Assembly (NCBI GenBank): GCA_039714655.1
Contig: JBDLIX010000004.1
Location: 21,758 to 85,757, forward strand
Direction: 5' to 3'
DNA length: 64,000 bases
Source of the DNA: Bacteroidota bacterium
GTDB lineage: Bacteria; Bacteroidota; Bacteroidia; Bacteroidales; GCA-2748055
The position numbers and the translations under genes were made by a program. Position 1 is the first letter of the stretch. Each line of letters begins with the position of its first letter. Shown one piece after another: positions 27,422 through 36,179 of this stretch. The notes below the pieces were generated by a model that was not told the DNA's origin, did not search any database, and was given only the letters and a program-made list of their open reading frames with translations.

Positions 27422-28663
27422 ATGGCCAAAGATCATCATTCGGAAAAAAGCAAGGAGTTACCATATAAACTGCTGAAGAAGTACTTTGAGGATACCGTTT
27501 CCATCCCGGAGAAACAGGAAGTGGAGTACTGGTTGAACACTCCGGAAAAAAATCTCAGGTATGAACGCTACCTGAGGTTCCTGTGGGATGAGATGAACGG
27601 GGAATCAGAAGACCCGGTTGTTGGTATAAACCAGGAAGCGACACTTCATAAGATCCACTACAAGATTAACCACCTGAATAAAAAAAAGAAAGGAAGATCA
27701 TCGGTAAAAAGAACCCGAAAGACAATACCCATCGGTACGGTTCTAAAATATACCGCCAGAATCGCAGCCGTCATGCTGCTGCCTCTGCTGGCATATCTGG
27801 GATGGGAGGTTTACAACCAGAAATTGTGGGTGAAGAATCAGACCGAGATCGTCTATAATGAAATTGTATGCCCGATGGGTGCCCGGAGCCAGTTTGAATT
27901 ACCTGACGGAACCACCGGCAGCCTCAACAACGGAAGCAGACTGAAATACCCAGTGAAGTTTACCGGGAACAGCCGGGAGGTAGAATTGACCGGAGAGGCA
28001 TACTTTGATGTTTCCCATCACAGGAACAGGCCGTTTATTATCAGCACGGACGGATTAGATGTCAGAGTATTAGGTACACGGATAAACATCTATTCCTACC
28101 CCGAAGAGTGCTATCAGGAGTTTACCCTGGAATCGGGATCGGCCGAGTTATTCACCACTGAGAATGACCGGAAAATCACCGTGGCAAAACTAAAACCCGG
28201 GCAGCATGTGTTATACCGGCCAAAAAACAAAAATAACGGCACACAGCCCGGAAAGGAATCCCTTTCAGTCCGCAAGATAAACAGACAGGAAGAACTGGAT
28301 CGGTTCATGGCAAAAATGAAATCCGGTCAGGAAGCTCTGTACCAATTTGAAGGCGGAGACATGGCAGTTGGACTTGCGAAAACGGAAACCTACACATCCT
28401 GGAAGGACGGAAAACTGGTCCTGCGAAGGGACCCCATGCCCATGTTATTAACGCGGATCGAACGCTGGTACAATGTTAAGTTCAATGTACTGGATGAACG
28501 TATCAACGATTACACCTACTGGGTTACTTTCGAAGAAGAGAGCCTGGACAGGGTCCTGAAACTTCTGGCCCTTACCGGTCCCATCAGATTCGAAAAGAGA
28601 CCGAGAGTACAGGCAGCGGATGGTTCTTATCAGATCCAGGAAATTGATATTCTATTGGATTAA
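27422..28663 (+). CDS. FecR-family transmembrane anti-sigma factor
   Basis: 413 aa. The TM helix is IAAVMLLPLLAYLGW and the FecR domain is ELPDGTTGSLNNGSRLKYP..GEAYFDV. The C-terminal DUF4974-like segment is ESLDRVLKLLALTGPIRF. Confidence 0.85.
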   Translation: MAKDHHSEKSKELPYKLLKKYFEDTVSIPEKQEVEYWLNTPEKNLRYERYLRFLWDEMNGESEDPVVGINQEATLHKIHYKINHLNKKKKGRSSVKRTRKTIPIGTVLKYTARIAAVMLLPLLAYLGWEVYNQKLWVKNQTEIVYNEIVCPMGARSQFELPDGTTGSLNNGSRLKYPVKFTGNSREVELTGEAYFDVSHHRNRPFIISTDGLDVRVLGTRINIYSYPEECYQEFTLESGSAELFTTENDRKITVAKLKPGQHVLYRPKNKNNGTQPGKESLSVRKINRQEELDRFMAKMKSGQEALYQFEGGDMAVGLAKTETYTSWKDGKLVLRRDPMPMLLTRIERWYNVKFNVLDERINDYTYWVTFEEESLDRVLKLLALTGPIRFEKRPRVQAADGSYQIQEIDILLD

Positions 28664-28726
28664 ATATTACCAACCCTAATCAAACTAAAACAAACTGCTT
28701 ATGAAATGAAACACGAACTAAAAAAA

Positions 28727-28754
28727 TCAGGAAAGTGCAGCAACACTTTCCTGA
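28727..28754 (+). other. Perfect 11-bp stem / 6-nt loop hairpin between fecR and susC, with no U-tract
   Basis: TCAGGAAAGTG-cagcaa-CACTTTCCTGA, read directly from the sequence. It is followed by agtaatctagc. Confidence 0.6.
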
Positions 28755-28831
28755 AGTAATCTAGCATCAAAACTCTCAAAATGCATGAAATCTGAGTTTA
28801 ATTACTAATTAATGCTAAACTGAACTAAATT

Positions 28832-31800
28832 ATGAAAAAATACAAGGCCTTATGTAAAACAGTAAGAAATTCTTGCCGTTTACTTAAACTGCTTAGAATT
28901 ATGAAACTAACCACAAGTCTTATTTTTATCGCTTCTCTCCAGATATTTGCCAATGAATCCTATTCGCAAGGAGTGAGACTTTCATTTGACCTGGAAGAGA
29001 CTACAGTCGAACAGGTGCTCAGCGAGATCGAGGATCTGAGTGAGTTCTACTTCCTGTTCAACGATAAATTGGTTGACGTTGACCGGAAAGTTAACTTACA
29101 TCTGTCAAATCAGCGGATCGAAGAGGTATTGACCCAGGTTTTTGACAATACAGATGTAGGGTTTTTGGTTATGGACAGGCAAATTGTATTGTCGCCTAAT
29201 GAGTATCTCACACAGTCGGCAAGCGCCTTTCAGCCGGTGACCGTTACCGGAACAGTAACCGATGAAAACGGGCAACCCCTGCCGGGAGTTAACGTTTATA
29301 TTAAAGGGACAACTCAGGGAACAATAACCGATGCAAACGGCAATTACAGCCTGGATGTTCAGGATGGAGATGCACTGTTGGTATTTAGCTCGGTTGGGTT
29401 GACCATGCAGGAAGTTCCGGTGGGTAATAGAACCGTCATTGATATCACTCTGAATCCTGACATTACAGCCCTTGAGGAAATTGTAGTCACAGCATTGGGG
29501 ATAAAAAGAGAAGAAAAATCACTTGGTTACTCTGTAACATCAGTGCAGGGTGAAGATATCGTGCAGGCACAAACAACGAGTCCGATTAGTGCGCTGCAAG
29601 GGAAATCAGCTGGTGTTCAGATCAATACCACAGCAGGTGGCACATCCGCCAGTCCACGAATTACCATACGTGGAAATTCTACATTGGGTGCAAACACGCA
29701 ACCTATATTTGTGGTAGACGGTATCATTGTGGACAATGATGTAAGTGGTGCCTACGGAAATCAACTTAAAAACCTTAATCCGGATGACTTTGAAAGCATT
29801 TCAGTGCTTAAAGGCGCTGCGGCTACCGCTTTGTATGGCACGCGTGCGCTTCATGGTGTTGTGCTGATCACTACAAAAAGCGGGACCAAAAGACAAGGAT
29901 TAGGCGTGAGTTTTAATCAAAGTCTTGGTGTTCGTCAGGTATATGACAGTCCGGCTTTCCAGAATGAATATGGATACGGGCCAACCGCCGGTATGTTTTC
30001 AAATCATGTAACAAATGGGCGACCCGACGGGGACAAGCATGATAATCAGCAATTTGCATTTTATGAAACGGTTAATGGACAATTATATGGCTCACTTCAA
30101 CATAACAACAGTGAGGAGACTGCAGCCAGCTGGGGACCAAGATTCGACGGACAGGATTATATTGATTATGATGGCAGTATGGCTAAATGGGAGGCTCAGC
30201 CCGATAATTACAGGAAGATGTTCGAAACCGGATTAGTAAACAGCACCAACCTTGCTATAGAAGGTGGTGGGGAGAGCAATACTTTCAGGCTTTCATATAC
30301 AAACTTCATAGATAAAGGTGTCCAGCCAATGAATGACTTCTCCAAGAATTCAATTAGTATAAAAGGTACGCAGGAAGTGTTAAAAGATATAATTACTGTG
30401 GGTGCAGGAATGCATTATACCAAAGCAAAAGTTGGCAATCCTCCTTCAAACACGTTGGAACATGGATGGTTTCATGATGGATTTCCGCGAAGCTATGATG
30501 TGGACAAGTGGAGGGACAACTATAAAGATGTGGATGGTGGAGTTCCTTATCCGACAAACAGCAGCACTTACATGTATTCAAGAAAAAGCATGGCATGGTT
30601 TAACATTTATGAAAAGTGGTATGATAGAGATGAAAGTTCATTGCTTGCCAATGTATTCATGGATGTCAATATAGCCAAAGGCCTTACGGGTAGCATCAAA
30701 GCAAATTTTAATGAATTTACCACTAAGGATGAGATTAAGGTTGACGCCACATCCATTGATAGACTAAGTAATGCCAGTTACCATCTGGGTCATGGAGGGA
30801 GGTTTCAGTCAAGCCTTCTGGCCAATCTCTTTTATGAAAAAGAGTTGAACGAAAACTTGCGTTTTGATCTACTGGTAGGGGCTGAAACCTGGAGTTCCGA
30901 TGTTTCAAGCTCGGGTTATAGCACCTATCGGGGTTTCAAGATCAGGGATTGGTATAATATCAAAAATTCCTTTGGAAGTCCGGTCCCAACTGGTGGAATT
31001 GGAAACAGTAAAACCATTAACTCGGTCTACTCCTATCTCAATCTTGACTACAAATCTACGCTCTACCTGTCCCTCACCGGCAGAAATGACTGGTCAACTG
31101 CTTTGGTCTATCCAACCGGCACGGGTGACTATTCATACTTCTACCCTTCGGCGAGTTTGTCCTGGGTAGTAAGTAACTCATTATCCCTGCCAGAATCCAT
31201 TTTTGCAAAAGTGCGCGCATCCTATGCAATGGTTGGAAATGATACTGACCCGTATTTATTGTCGTCTGGTTTCGTAACGCAAAATTTCTCGCAAGAACCA
31301 AACATGGGATTGTATAAATTTGAAAGCACAACAGCCATCTCTCCCAACATCAGACCGGAAACGAAAAAGTCGTTCGAAGCAGGTTTTGATCTGAGGTTAA
31401 AGAATGGTCGTGCAGGTATCGATGTTGCTTATTATAAGGACAACACCCATGACCAGATCATCCCCCTGAATGTGCCGACTGAAAGCGGGATTACCCGACA
31501 GCTGATCAATGCCGGTAATCTTCAGAACCAGGGTGTAGAGGTGATGATCGATGTTACACCTGTAGAGTCAGGAGACTTTTCATGGGATGTGGGCTTTGCA
31601 TTTACGCATAACAGAGATAAGATTATTGAACTATACCCAGGAGTAACTGAGGTCATACTTGCAGGAAATCCAAATGATGCCGGTACAGGAACTGCAACTT
31701 TTGCCTTTGTAGGAGGTGATTATGGTGACCTTACAACGCGTCAGGGTTTAAATCCTTATGAAGGAGAAAATAGTGCCAACCATGGTCTCCCGGTTCTGTC

Positions 31801-32557
31801 ACAGAGAAACAACTGGTCTGTTGCTTATATGAACGGCAGACAGAATTTGGATTCACTGGTAAGAATGGGCAATATGCAACCTGATTGGTATGGCTCTGTT
31901 AACACGAATCTGCGTTATAAAGGGTTCAACCTGTACGCTTTGTTTGATATGTCGTTTGGAGGAGATATTTTTTCATATCAATACAGATATGGCTTGCATC
32001 AGGGTGTTCTCGAATCTACCCTGGAAAACCGCGATGCTGAGCACGGTGGCATAGTTTGGACGAGTCAGGGTATGGGTAATAACTATTATGGCAAAGAGTA
32101 CCAGGATGGTTATATCCCTGAGGGAGTTTTTCCGGATGGTACAGTGATCACCTTTAGGGACGCAGACGGAAATGTCACAACACAAAATGATGTTGGAGGG
32201 ATGTCATACCAGGACGCCTACGATCAGGGCCTTGTTGAACCTACACACTGGTCCGGGTATATGTACCGGTGGACCTCGGCAAGTACTGGTGGTCCGACCA
32301 TGGCTGTTTTTGAAAGCAATTGGGTGGTGTTAAGGGAACTCTCTTTGAGCTATGTTCTTCCTGGCAGTCTCTTTGATAATAACTTTATCAGCTCCGCTAA
32401 AATATCCCTCACTGGAAGAGACTTGGGTTTCCTACACAATTCGGCACCAGATAACATTAATCCGGCTATCTCTAACAACAGGGCCGGTGAAGCAAGGCAA
32501 ATTGGATTTGCCCCGTATATAAGGTCAATAATTCTGGCAGCAAGGTTTACATTCTAA
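28832..32557 (+). CDS. SusC/RagA-family TonB-dependent outer-membrane transporter with N-terminal STN signalling domain
   Basis: 1241 aa. The STN domain is FDLEETTVEQVLSEIEDLSEFYFLFND. The carboxypeptidase-regulatory-like domain is VTGTVTDENGQPLPGVNVYIKGTTQGTITDANGNY and the plug is EIVVTALGIKREEKSLGYSV. It ends in AARFTF. Confidence 0.92.
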   Translation: MKKYKALCKTVRNSCRLLKLLRIMKLTTSLIFIASLQIFANESYSQGVRLSFDLEETTVEQVLSEIEDLSEFYFLFNDKLVDVDRKVNLHLSNQRIEEVLTQVFDNTDVGFLVMDRQIVLSPNEYLTQSASAFQPVTVTGTVTDENGQPLPGVNVYIKGTTQGTITDANGNYSLDVQDGDALLVFSSVGLTMQEVPVGNRTVIDITLNPDITALEEIVVTALGIKREEKSLGYSVTSVQGEDIVQAQTTSPISALQGKSAGVQINTTAGGTSASPRITIRGNSTLGANTQPIFVVDGIIVDNDVSGAYGNQLKNLNPDDFESISVLKGAAATALYGTRALHGVVLITTKSGTKRQGLGVSFNQSLGVRQVYDSPAFQNEYGYGPTAGMFSNHVTNGRPDGDKHDNQQFAFYETVNGQLYGSLQHNNSEETAASWGPRFDGQDYIDYDGSMAKWEAQPDNYRKMFETGLVNSTNLAIEGGGESNTFRLSYTNFIDKGVQPMNDFSKNSISIKGTQEVLKDIITVGAGMHYTKAKVGNPPSNTLEHGWFHDGFPRSYDVDKWRDNYKDVDGGVPYPTNSSTYMYSRKSMAWFNIYEKWYDRDESSLLANVFMDVNIAKGLTGSIKANFNEFTTKDEIKVDATSIDRLSNASYHLGHGGRFQSSLLANLFYEKELNENLRFDLLVGAETWSSDVSSSGYSTYRGFKIRDWYNIKNSFGSPVPTGGIGNSKTINSVYSYLNLDYKSTLYLSLTGRNDWSTALVYPTGTGDYSYFYPSASLSWVVSNSLSLPESIFAKVRASYAMVGNDTDPYLLSSGFVTQNFSQEPNMGLYKFESTTAISPNIRPETKKSFEAGFDLRLKNGRAGIDVAYYKDNTHDQIIPLNVPTESGITRQLINAGNLQNQGVEVMIDVTPVESGDFSWDVGFAFTHNRDKIIELYPGVTEVILAGNPNDAGTGTATFAFVGGDYGDLTTRQGLNPYEGENSANHGLPVLSQRNNWSVAYMNGRQNLDSLVRMGNMQPDWYGSVNTNLRYKGFNLYALFDMSFGGDIFSYQYRYGLHQGVLESTLENRDAEHGGIVWTSQGMGNNYYGKEYQDGYIPEGVFPDGTVITFRDADGNVTTQNDVGGMSYQDAYDQGLVEPTHWSGYMYRWTSASTGGPTMAVFESNWVVLRELSLSYVLPGSLFDNNFISSAKISLTGRDLGFLHNSAPDNINPAISNNRAGEARQIGFAPYIRSIILAARFTF

Positions 32558-32566
32558 CTGATTAAA

Positions 32567-34339
32567 ATGAATATTATGAAAAAGATAATAATATTATTAC
32601 TAGGAATAGGCTTATTTATCAGTTGCGAACGGGATTTTCTGGAGACCAACCTGGATCCCAATGTAATTGATGAGCCACCCGTCGAAGCACTATTCACTTA
32701 CGTGGAGAAAACACTGGGTGATTACAGAGCCTCTGAATGGTACTGGGATAATCACCAGTTTATGGAATGGACCCAGTATGTATCGGGCGATGACGGCAAT
32801 GCCAATGACATCAATACCCTGGAGCCCAGAGGAGGGAAATATGGTATCTATTATACTGCGATATTGCCACACCTGCTGGAGATAAGAAGACAGGTCGAAA
32901 TGAAGACCGAAAGTGAACAGGATTTTTACTTAAAGCTGAATGCACTTACCTATATTGTACAGGTTTATCACGGTGTAAGGGTTACTGATATATTCGGTTC
33001 CATTCCATACCAGGAAGCTGCTCAGGGCAGGCATGAGGGTCTGTTAAATCCCGTTTATGACGATCAGAGCACCCTGTTTGATCTGTGGATTTCGGAATTG
33101 AATGATGCCATTTCAATGCTTGATCAAAACCAGGAAGCATCAGTTGATCTTGGTAAAACTGATTTTATTTATGGTGGCGATTGGGAGAAATGGATCAAGT
33201 GCGCCAATGCCATTAAACTGAGAATTGCACTCAGGCTGGAATCACAGGATTTGGACAAGGCAAAATCCATAATCAGCAGCGTGGTTACAGATGGAAGGCT
33301 TTTTGAAGGAATGGATGATGAATTCACCTATTTTATCTCTGAAAACTGGCAAGGTCCCTATGGGGGCATTGGAATTATGGACTGGAAAGGCAGGTTGTGG
33401 GCTTCCAAACCCATGGTAGATTTTATGAAACAGACCGTAGATCCACGGTTACGAATCTATTATGAGCCAAATGGATACCACCAGGCTACCCTTGACTCCA
33501 TTGCAAATGATCCCGATAACGAGATCCCGCCCGTGATCGACATCGCAAATGACAATGCGGTGTTATACACCACTGCAGCCGGAGAAGATGTGCTCGGGTA
33601 CAGGTTTATCGGTGCACCTGTGGATAGGAACGACCCGAATGTGAATGATTATGCCTACATAGAAAATCCCACATCTATTGGAATAGATGCGACACAGATT
33701 TCAAAGTACAACCAGAGATTATTTACGAATGTGCTTAAGGATTACGGCGATGGGAGAGGTACTGGAGCTTATGTGGATGTGTTTATATCTTATGCGGAAG
33801 TCTGCTTCATGATGTCTGAGTTTATTCTCAAAGGATATACTTCAGGTGATGCACAGGAGTGGTACACCAAGGGTGTGAGGGCATCTATTGAAACTTATAA
33901 CATGATTGCAGTGGAAGGCCAGCTTGATATGAAAATATCTCAACAATCATATCCATATTTGCCAGTTAGTGAGGCTGAGATTGAAGCCTATTTATTGACA
34001 CCGGAAGTGGCATTTGACGGGGCAAACGATCTTGAAAAGGTCTATATTCAACAACATGTTAACTTCTACAGAGTGCCGGATGAGGGGTGGATGCTTGCCC
34101 TTAGAACAGGATATCCAAAATTCGGATCCTCAATTTTGGCCAGAGGCTATGTGGATAGTCCTGATCTGAAATTCCCACGCAGGATGCCCACACCGGATCC
34201 CGGAGATTTGAACAGAGAAAACTGGAGAGCTGCCAATCAGGCGCAGGGGCTTACAGATCTTTCTGAAACACCAGCGATTCTCAATGCTGAGCGACTCTGG
34301 TGGGATTTAAACAACCCTGCCATTGGCGAGGGAGATTAA
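32567..34339 (+). CDS. SusD/RagB-family nutrient-binding lipoprotein
   Basis: 590 aa, starting 10 nt after the susC stop. The lipobox is LGIGLFISC and the body is TPR-like and helical (e.g. KWIKCANAIKLRIALRL). Confidence 0.85.
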   Translation: MNIMKKIIILLLGIGLFISCERDFLETNLDPNVIDEPPVEALFTYVEKTLGDYRASEWYWDNHQFMEWTQYVSGDDGNANDINTLEPRGGKYGIYYTAILPHLLEIRRQVEMKTESEQDFYLKLNALTYIVQVYHGVRVTDIFGSIPYQEAAQGRHEGLLNPVYDDQSTLFDLWISELNDAISMLDQNQEASVDLGKTDFIYGGDWEKWIKCANAIKLRIALRLESQDLDKAKSIISSVVTDGRLFEGMDDEFTYFISENWQGPYGGIGIMDWKGRLWASKPMVDFMKQTVDPRLRIYYEPNGYHQATLDSIANDPDNEIPPVIDIANDNAVLYTTAAGEDVLGYRFIGAPVDRNDPNVNDYAYIENPTSIGIDATQISKYNQRLFTNVLKDYGDGRGTGAYVDVFISYAEVCFMMSEFILKGYTSGDAQEWYTKGVRASIETYNMIAVEGQLDMKISQQSYPYLPVSEAEIEAYLLTPEVAFDGANDLEKVYIQQHVNFYRVPDEGWMLALRTGYPKFGSSILARGYVDSPDLKFPRRMPTPDPGDLNRENWRAANQAQGLTDLSETPAILNAERLWWDLNNPAIGEGD

Positions 34340-34359
34340 GATGATTGAATTAAATTTTA

Positions 34360-34387
34360 AGAGGCTGTCTCAAAAGGGGCAGCCTCT
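34360..34387 (+). terminator. Hairpin terminator after susD
   Basis: AGAGGCTGTCTC-AAAA-GGGGCAGCCTCT forms a 12-bp stem that includes G-U pairs. It is followed by GTATTTATT. A second hairpin, GGGAAGC..GCTTCCC, lies at 34400-34426. Confidence 0.6.
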
Positions 34388-34444
34388 GTATTTATTAAAG
34401 GGAAGCTATATCGTAACGTGCTTCCCTTAGAATTAGTCAAAAAG

Positions 34445-34452
34445 TACTTTTG
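34445..34452 (+). promoter_or_regulatory. Candidate -7 promoter box TACTTTTG for the dipeptidase gene
   Basis: Matches TAnnTTTG and lies 29 nt upstream of the ATG at 34482. Confidence 0.35.
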
Positions 34453-34481
34453 AGACTGCTTCTTTTTATTAACAACAAGAA

Positions 34482-35978
34482 ATGAGTTTATTCAAGCGTA
34501 TACCGTTTTTCTGCTTCTTCCTCTCCCTTGCGATCATTAGCTATTCCCAGGATAGGCTTAATCAGAAACTCGACTGCTATTCAATCATAGTAGGTAAAAA
34601 CGCCAGCACAGATGGCTCAGTAATCATCGCGCACAATGAAGATACCGGTGGAGACAGGGTCGTTAATTATTTCAAAGTCCCCAACATTCATCATCAACCT
34701 AACGAAAAAATAACTTTTATGAATGGCGGGAGTCTGGAGCAATCAGGTACATCAAACGCATATCTCTGGATCAATCTTCCCGGCTCTAAAGTTTGTGACA
34801 GCTATGTCAACGAGTACGGAGTCGCAATTTGTTCCGATGGATGCCCGTCGCGGGAAAAGAATCCGGATTTGGCAGATGGGGGGATTTTGTTCTGGCTGAG
34901 AAGGATTATGGCTGAGAGGGCGAAATCGGCCCGGGAAGGGGTAAAAATAGCTGGAAAATTAATAGACAAGTACGGATATGCAGACTCCGGTCGAACCTAT
35001 TTGATAGCGGATGCCAATGAAGGATGGATGGTAGCTGTAGTCAATGGAAAGCACTGGATTGCTGTCCGAATACCTGATGATGAAGTTGCAGTAATACCAA
35101 ATTATTATACCATAGGAAAAATCAATCTGTCAGATACGGTTAATTTTGCAGGCTCTCCGGATATTGTTGAATACGCTATGGAACAAGGATGGTACAAACC
35201 GGATACCGATGGTGAGTTTCATTTTGCCAAAGCATATTCAGATCCAGGCTCATTAAACCATCCAGGTAATATTTCAAGGATGTGGGGTGGTGTAAACCTG
35301 GCCTCCGGTCGCAATTATGCAATGGATGAAAATCTACCCTTTTCTTTTAAACCTGAAAATAAGCTTGGCCACAAAGAGGTGATGAACATATTGCGCGACC
35401 ACTATGTAGGTACTAAACTTGATCTTTCAGAAAATTACACTTTAGGTAGCCCTTACGAATGCAACAAAACAACCATTTGCTCGCAAACGACCCAATACAG
35501 TTTTGTGGCTCAGCTGAGAAACTGGATGCCAAAGAGTATCAGTGCACGTATCTGGATCGCTACTTTCAGGCCTGATGCTCAGGCATACCTCCCATGGTAT
35601 GTTTGCATCGATGATACGCCGGAATTTCACAAACATACTACATATGATTCAGCCATAGAGAATCAATTTAACCCTTCCAATAGTGCTTATGACCAAACGC
35701 TAAAACATATCTATTGGATGAATAAAAGAGTTGCTGAAAATGTGAACAGGGATTATAAAAATATGCTGCCTTTAGTAAGAGAAACATGGGATGCCAACGA
35801 AGAGCATACATTGAGTAAAATAGTAGATCTTGAAAATAAAGCGCTAAAGATTTATGAGAAAAATCCCAAAAGGGCGGAGAAGTTGCTTTCTGATTTCTCA
35901 AAAAAAGCAGCCAGAAAGGCTTATGGCAAAACAGAAGTCCTGATAAAAATAACCGCTGAAAAGGATCATGATGATTGA
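34482..35978 (+). CDS. Secreted peptidase C69-family dipeptidase
   Basis: 498 aa with a signal peptide. The Ntn-type motif is DCYSIIVGKNASTDGSVIIAHNEDTGG. Confidence 0.8.
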   Translation: MSLFKRIPFFCFFLSLAIISYSQDRLNQKLDCYSIIVGKNASTDGSVIIAHNEDTGGDRVVNYFKVPNIHHQPNEKITFMNGGSLEQSGTSNAYLWINLPGSKVCDSYVNEYGVAICSDGCPSREKNPDLADGGILFWLRRIMAERAKSAREGVKIAGKLIDKYGYADSGRTYLIADANEGWMVAVVNGKHWIAVRIPDDEVAVIPNYYTIGKINLSDTVNFAGSPDIVEYAMEQGWYKPDTDGEFHFAKAYSDPGSLNHPGNISRMWGGVNLASGRNYAMDENLPFSFKPENKLGHKEVMNILRDHYVGTKLDLSENYTLGSPYECNKTTICSQTTQYSFVAQLRNWMPKSISARIWIATFRPDAQAYLPWYVCIDDTPEFHKHTTYDSAIENQFNPSNSAYDQTLKHIYWMNKRVAENVNRDYKNMLPLVRETWDANEEHTLSKIVDLENKALKIYEKNPKRAEKLLSDFSKKAARKAYGKTEVLIKITAEKDHDD

Positions 35979-36014
35979 TTAGATTCTTAAATTGAAATTA
36001 AAGAGTGAAATCAT

Positions 36015-36045
36015 TTTGTTATTCAAATAACAATACATACTTTTG
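36015..36045 (+). promoter_or_regulatory. Candidate Bacteroidota promoter (-33 TTTG, -7 TACTTTTG) upstream of hydG
   Basis: TTTG lies at 36015-36018 and TACTTTTG at 36038-36045, with a 19-nt spacer. This implies a 5' leader of about 130 nt before the ATG at 36180. Confidence 0.4.
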
Positions 36046-36179
36046 TGCCATCTGAGAGGCTGGTGATTCTGGCTTCAAGGAGCCAATTTTTCATCTGATC
36101 CGGAGGAAGGTCTGAGGGTAAAGAGCTAAAGCTTAACAACTTTTCATAGTACTTCCAAAGGTTCGTAAATCGAAAATGA

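Noticed and set aside
36046-36179. Possible TPP (THI-box) riboswitch upstream of the ThiH-related hydG, suggested by CTGAGA at 36052 and CTGATCCGG at 36094
   Set aside because: The order and pairing do not fit the THI-box. CUGAGA should follow the P3 hairpin, and the ACCCUUUGAACCUGAUC and GCCAGCGUAGGGAA elements are absent. I could not fold it into any riboswitch class I know. It is kept only as an unexplained long leader.
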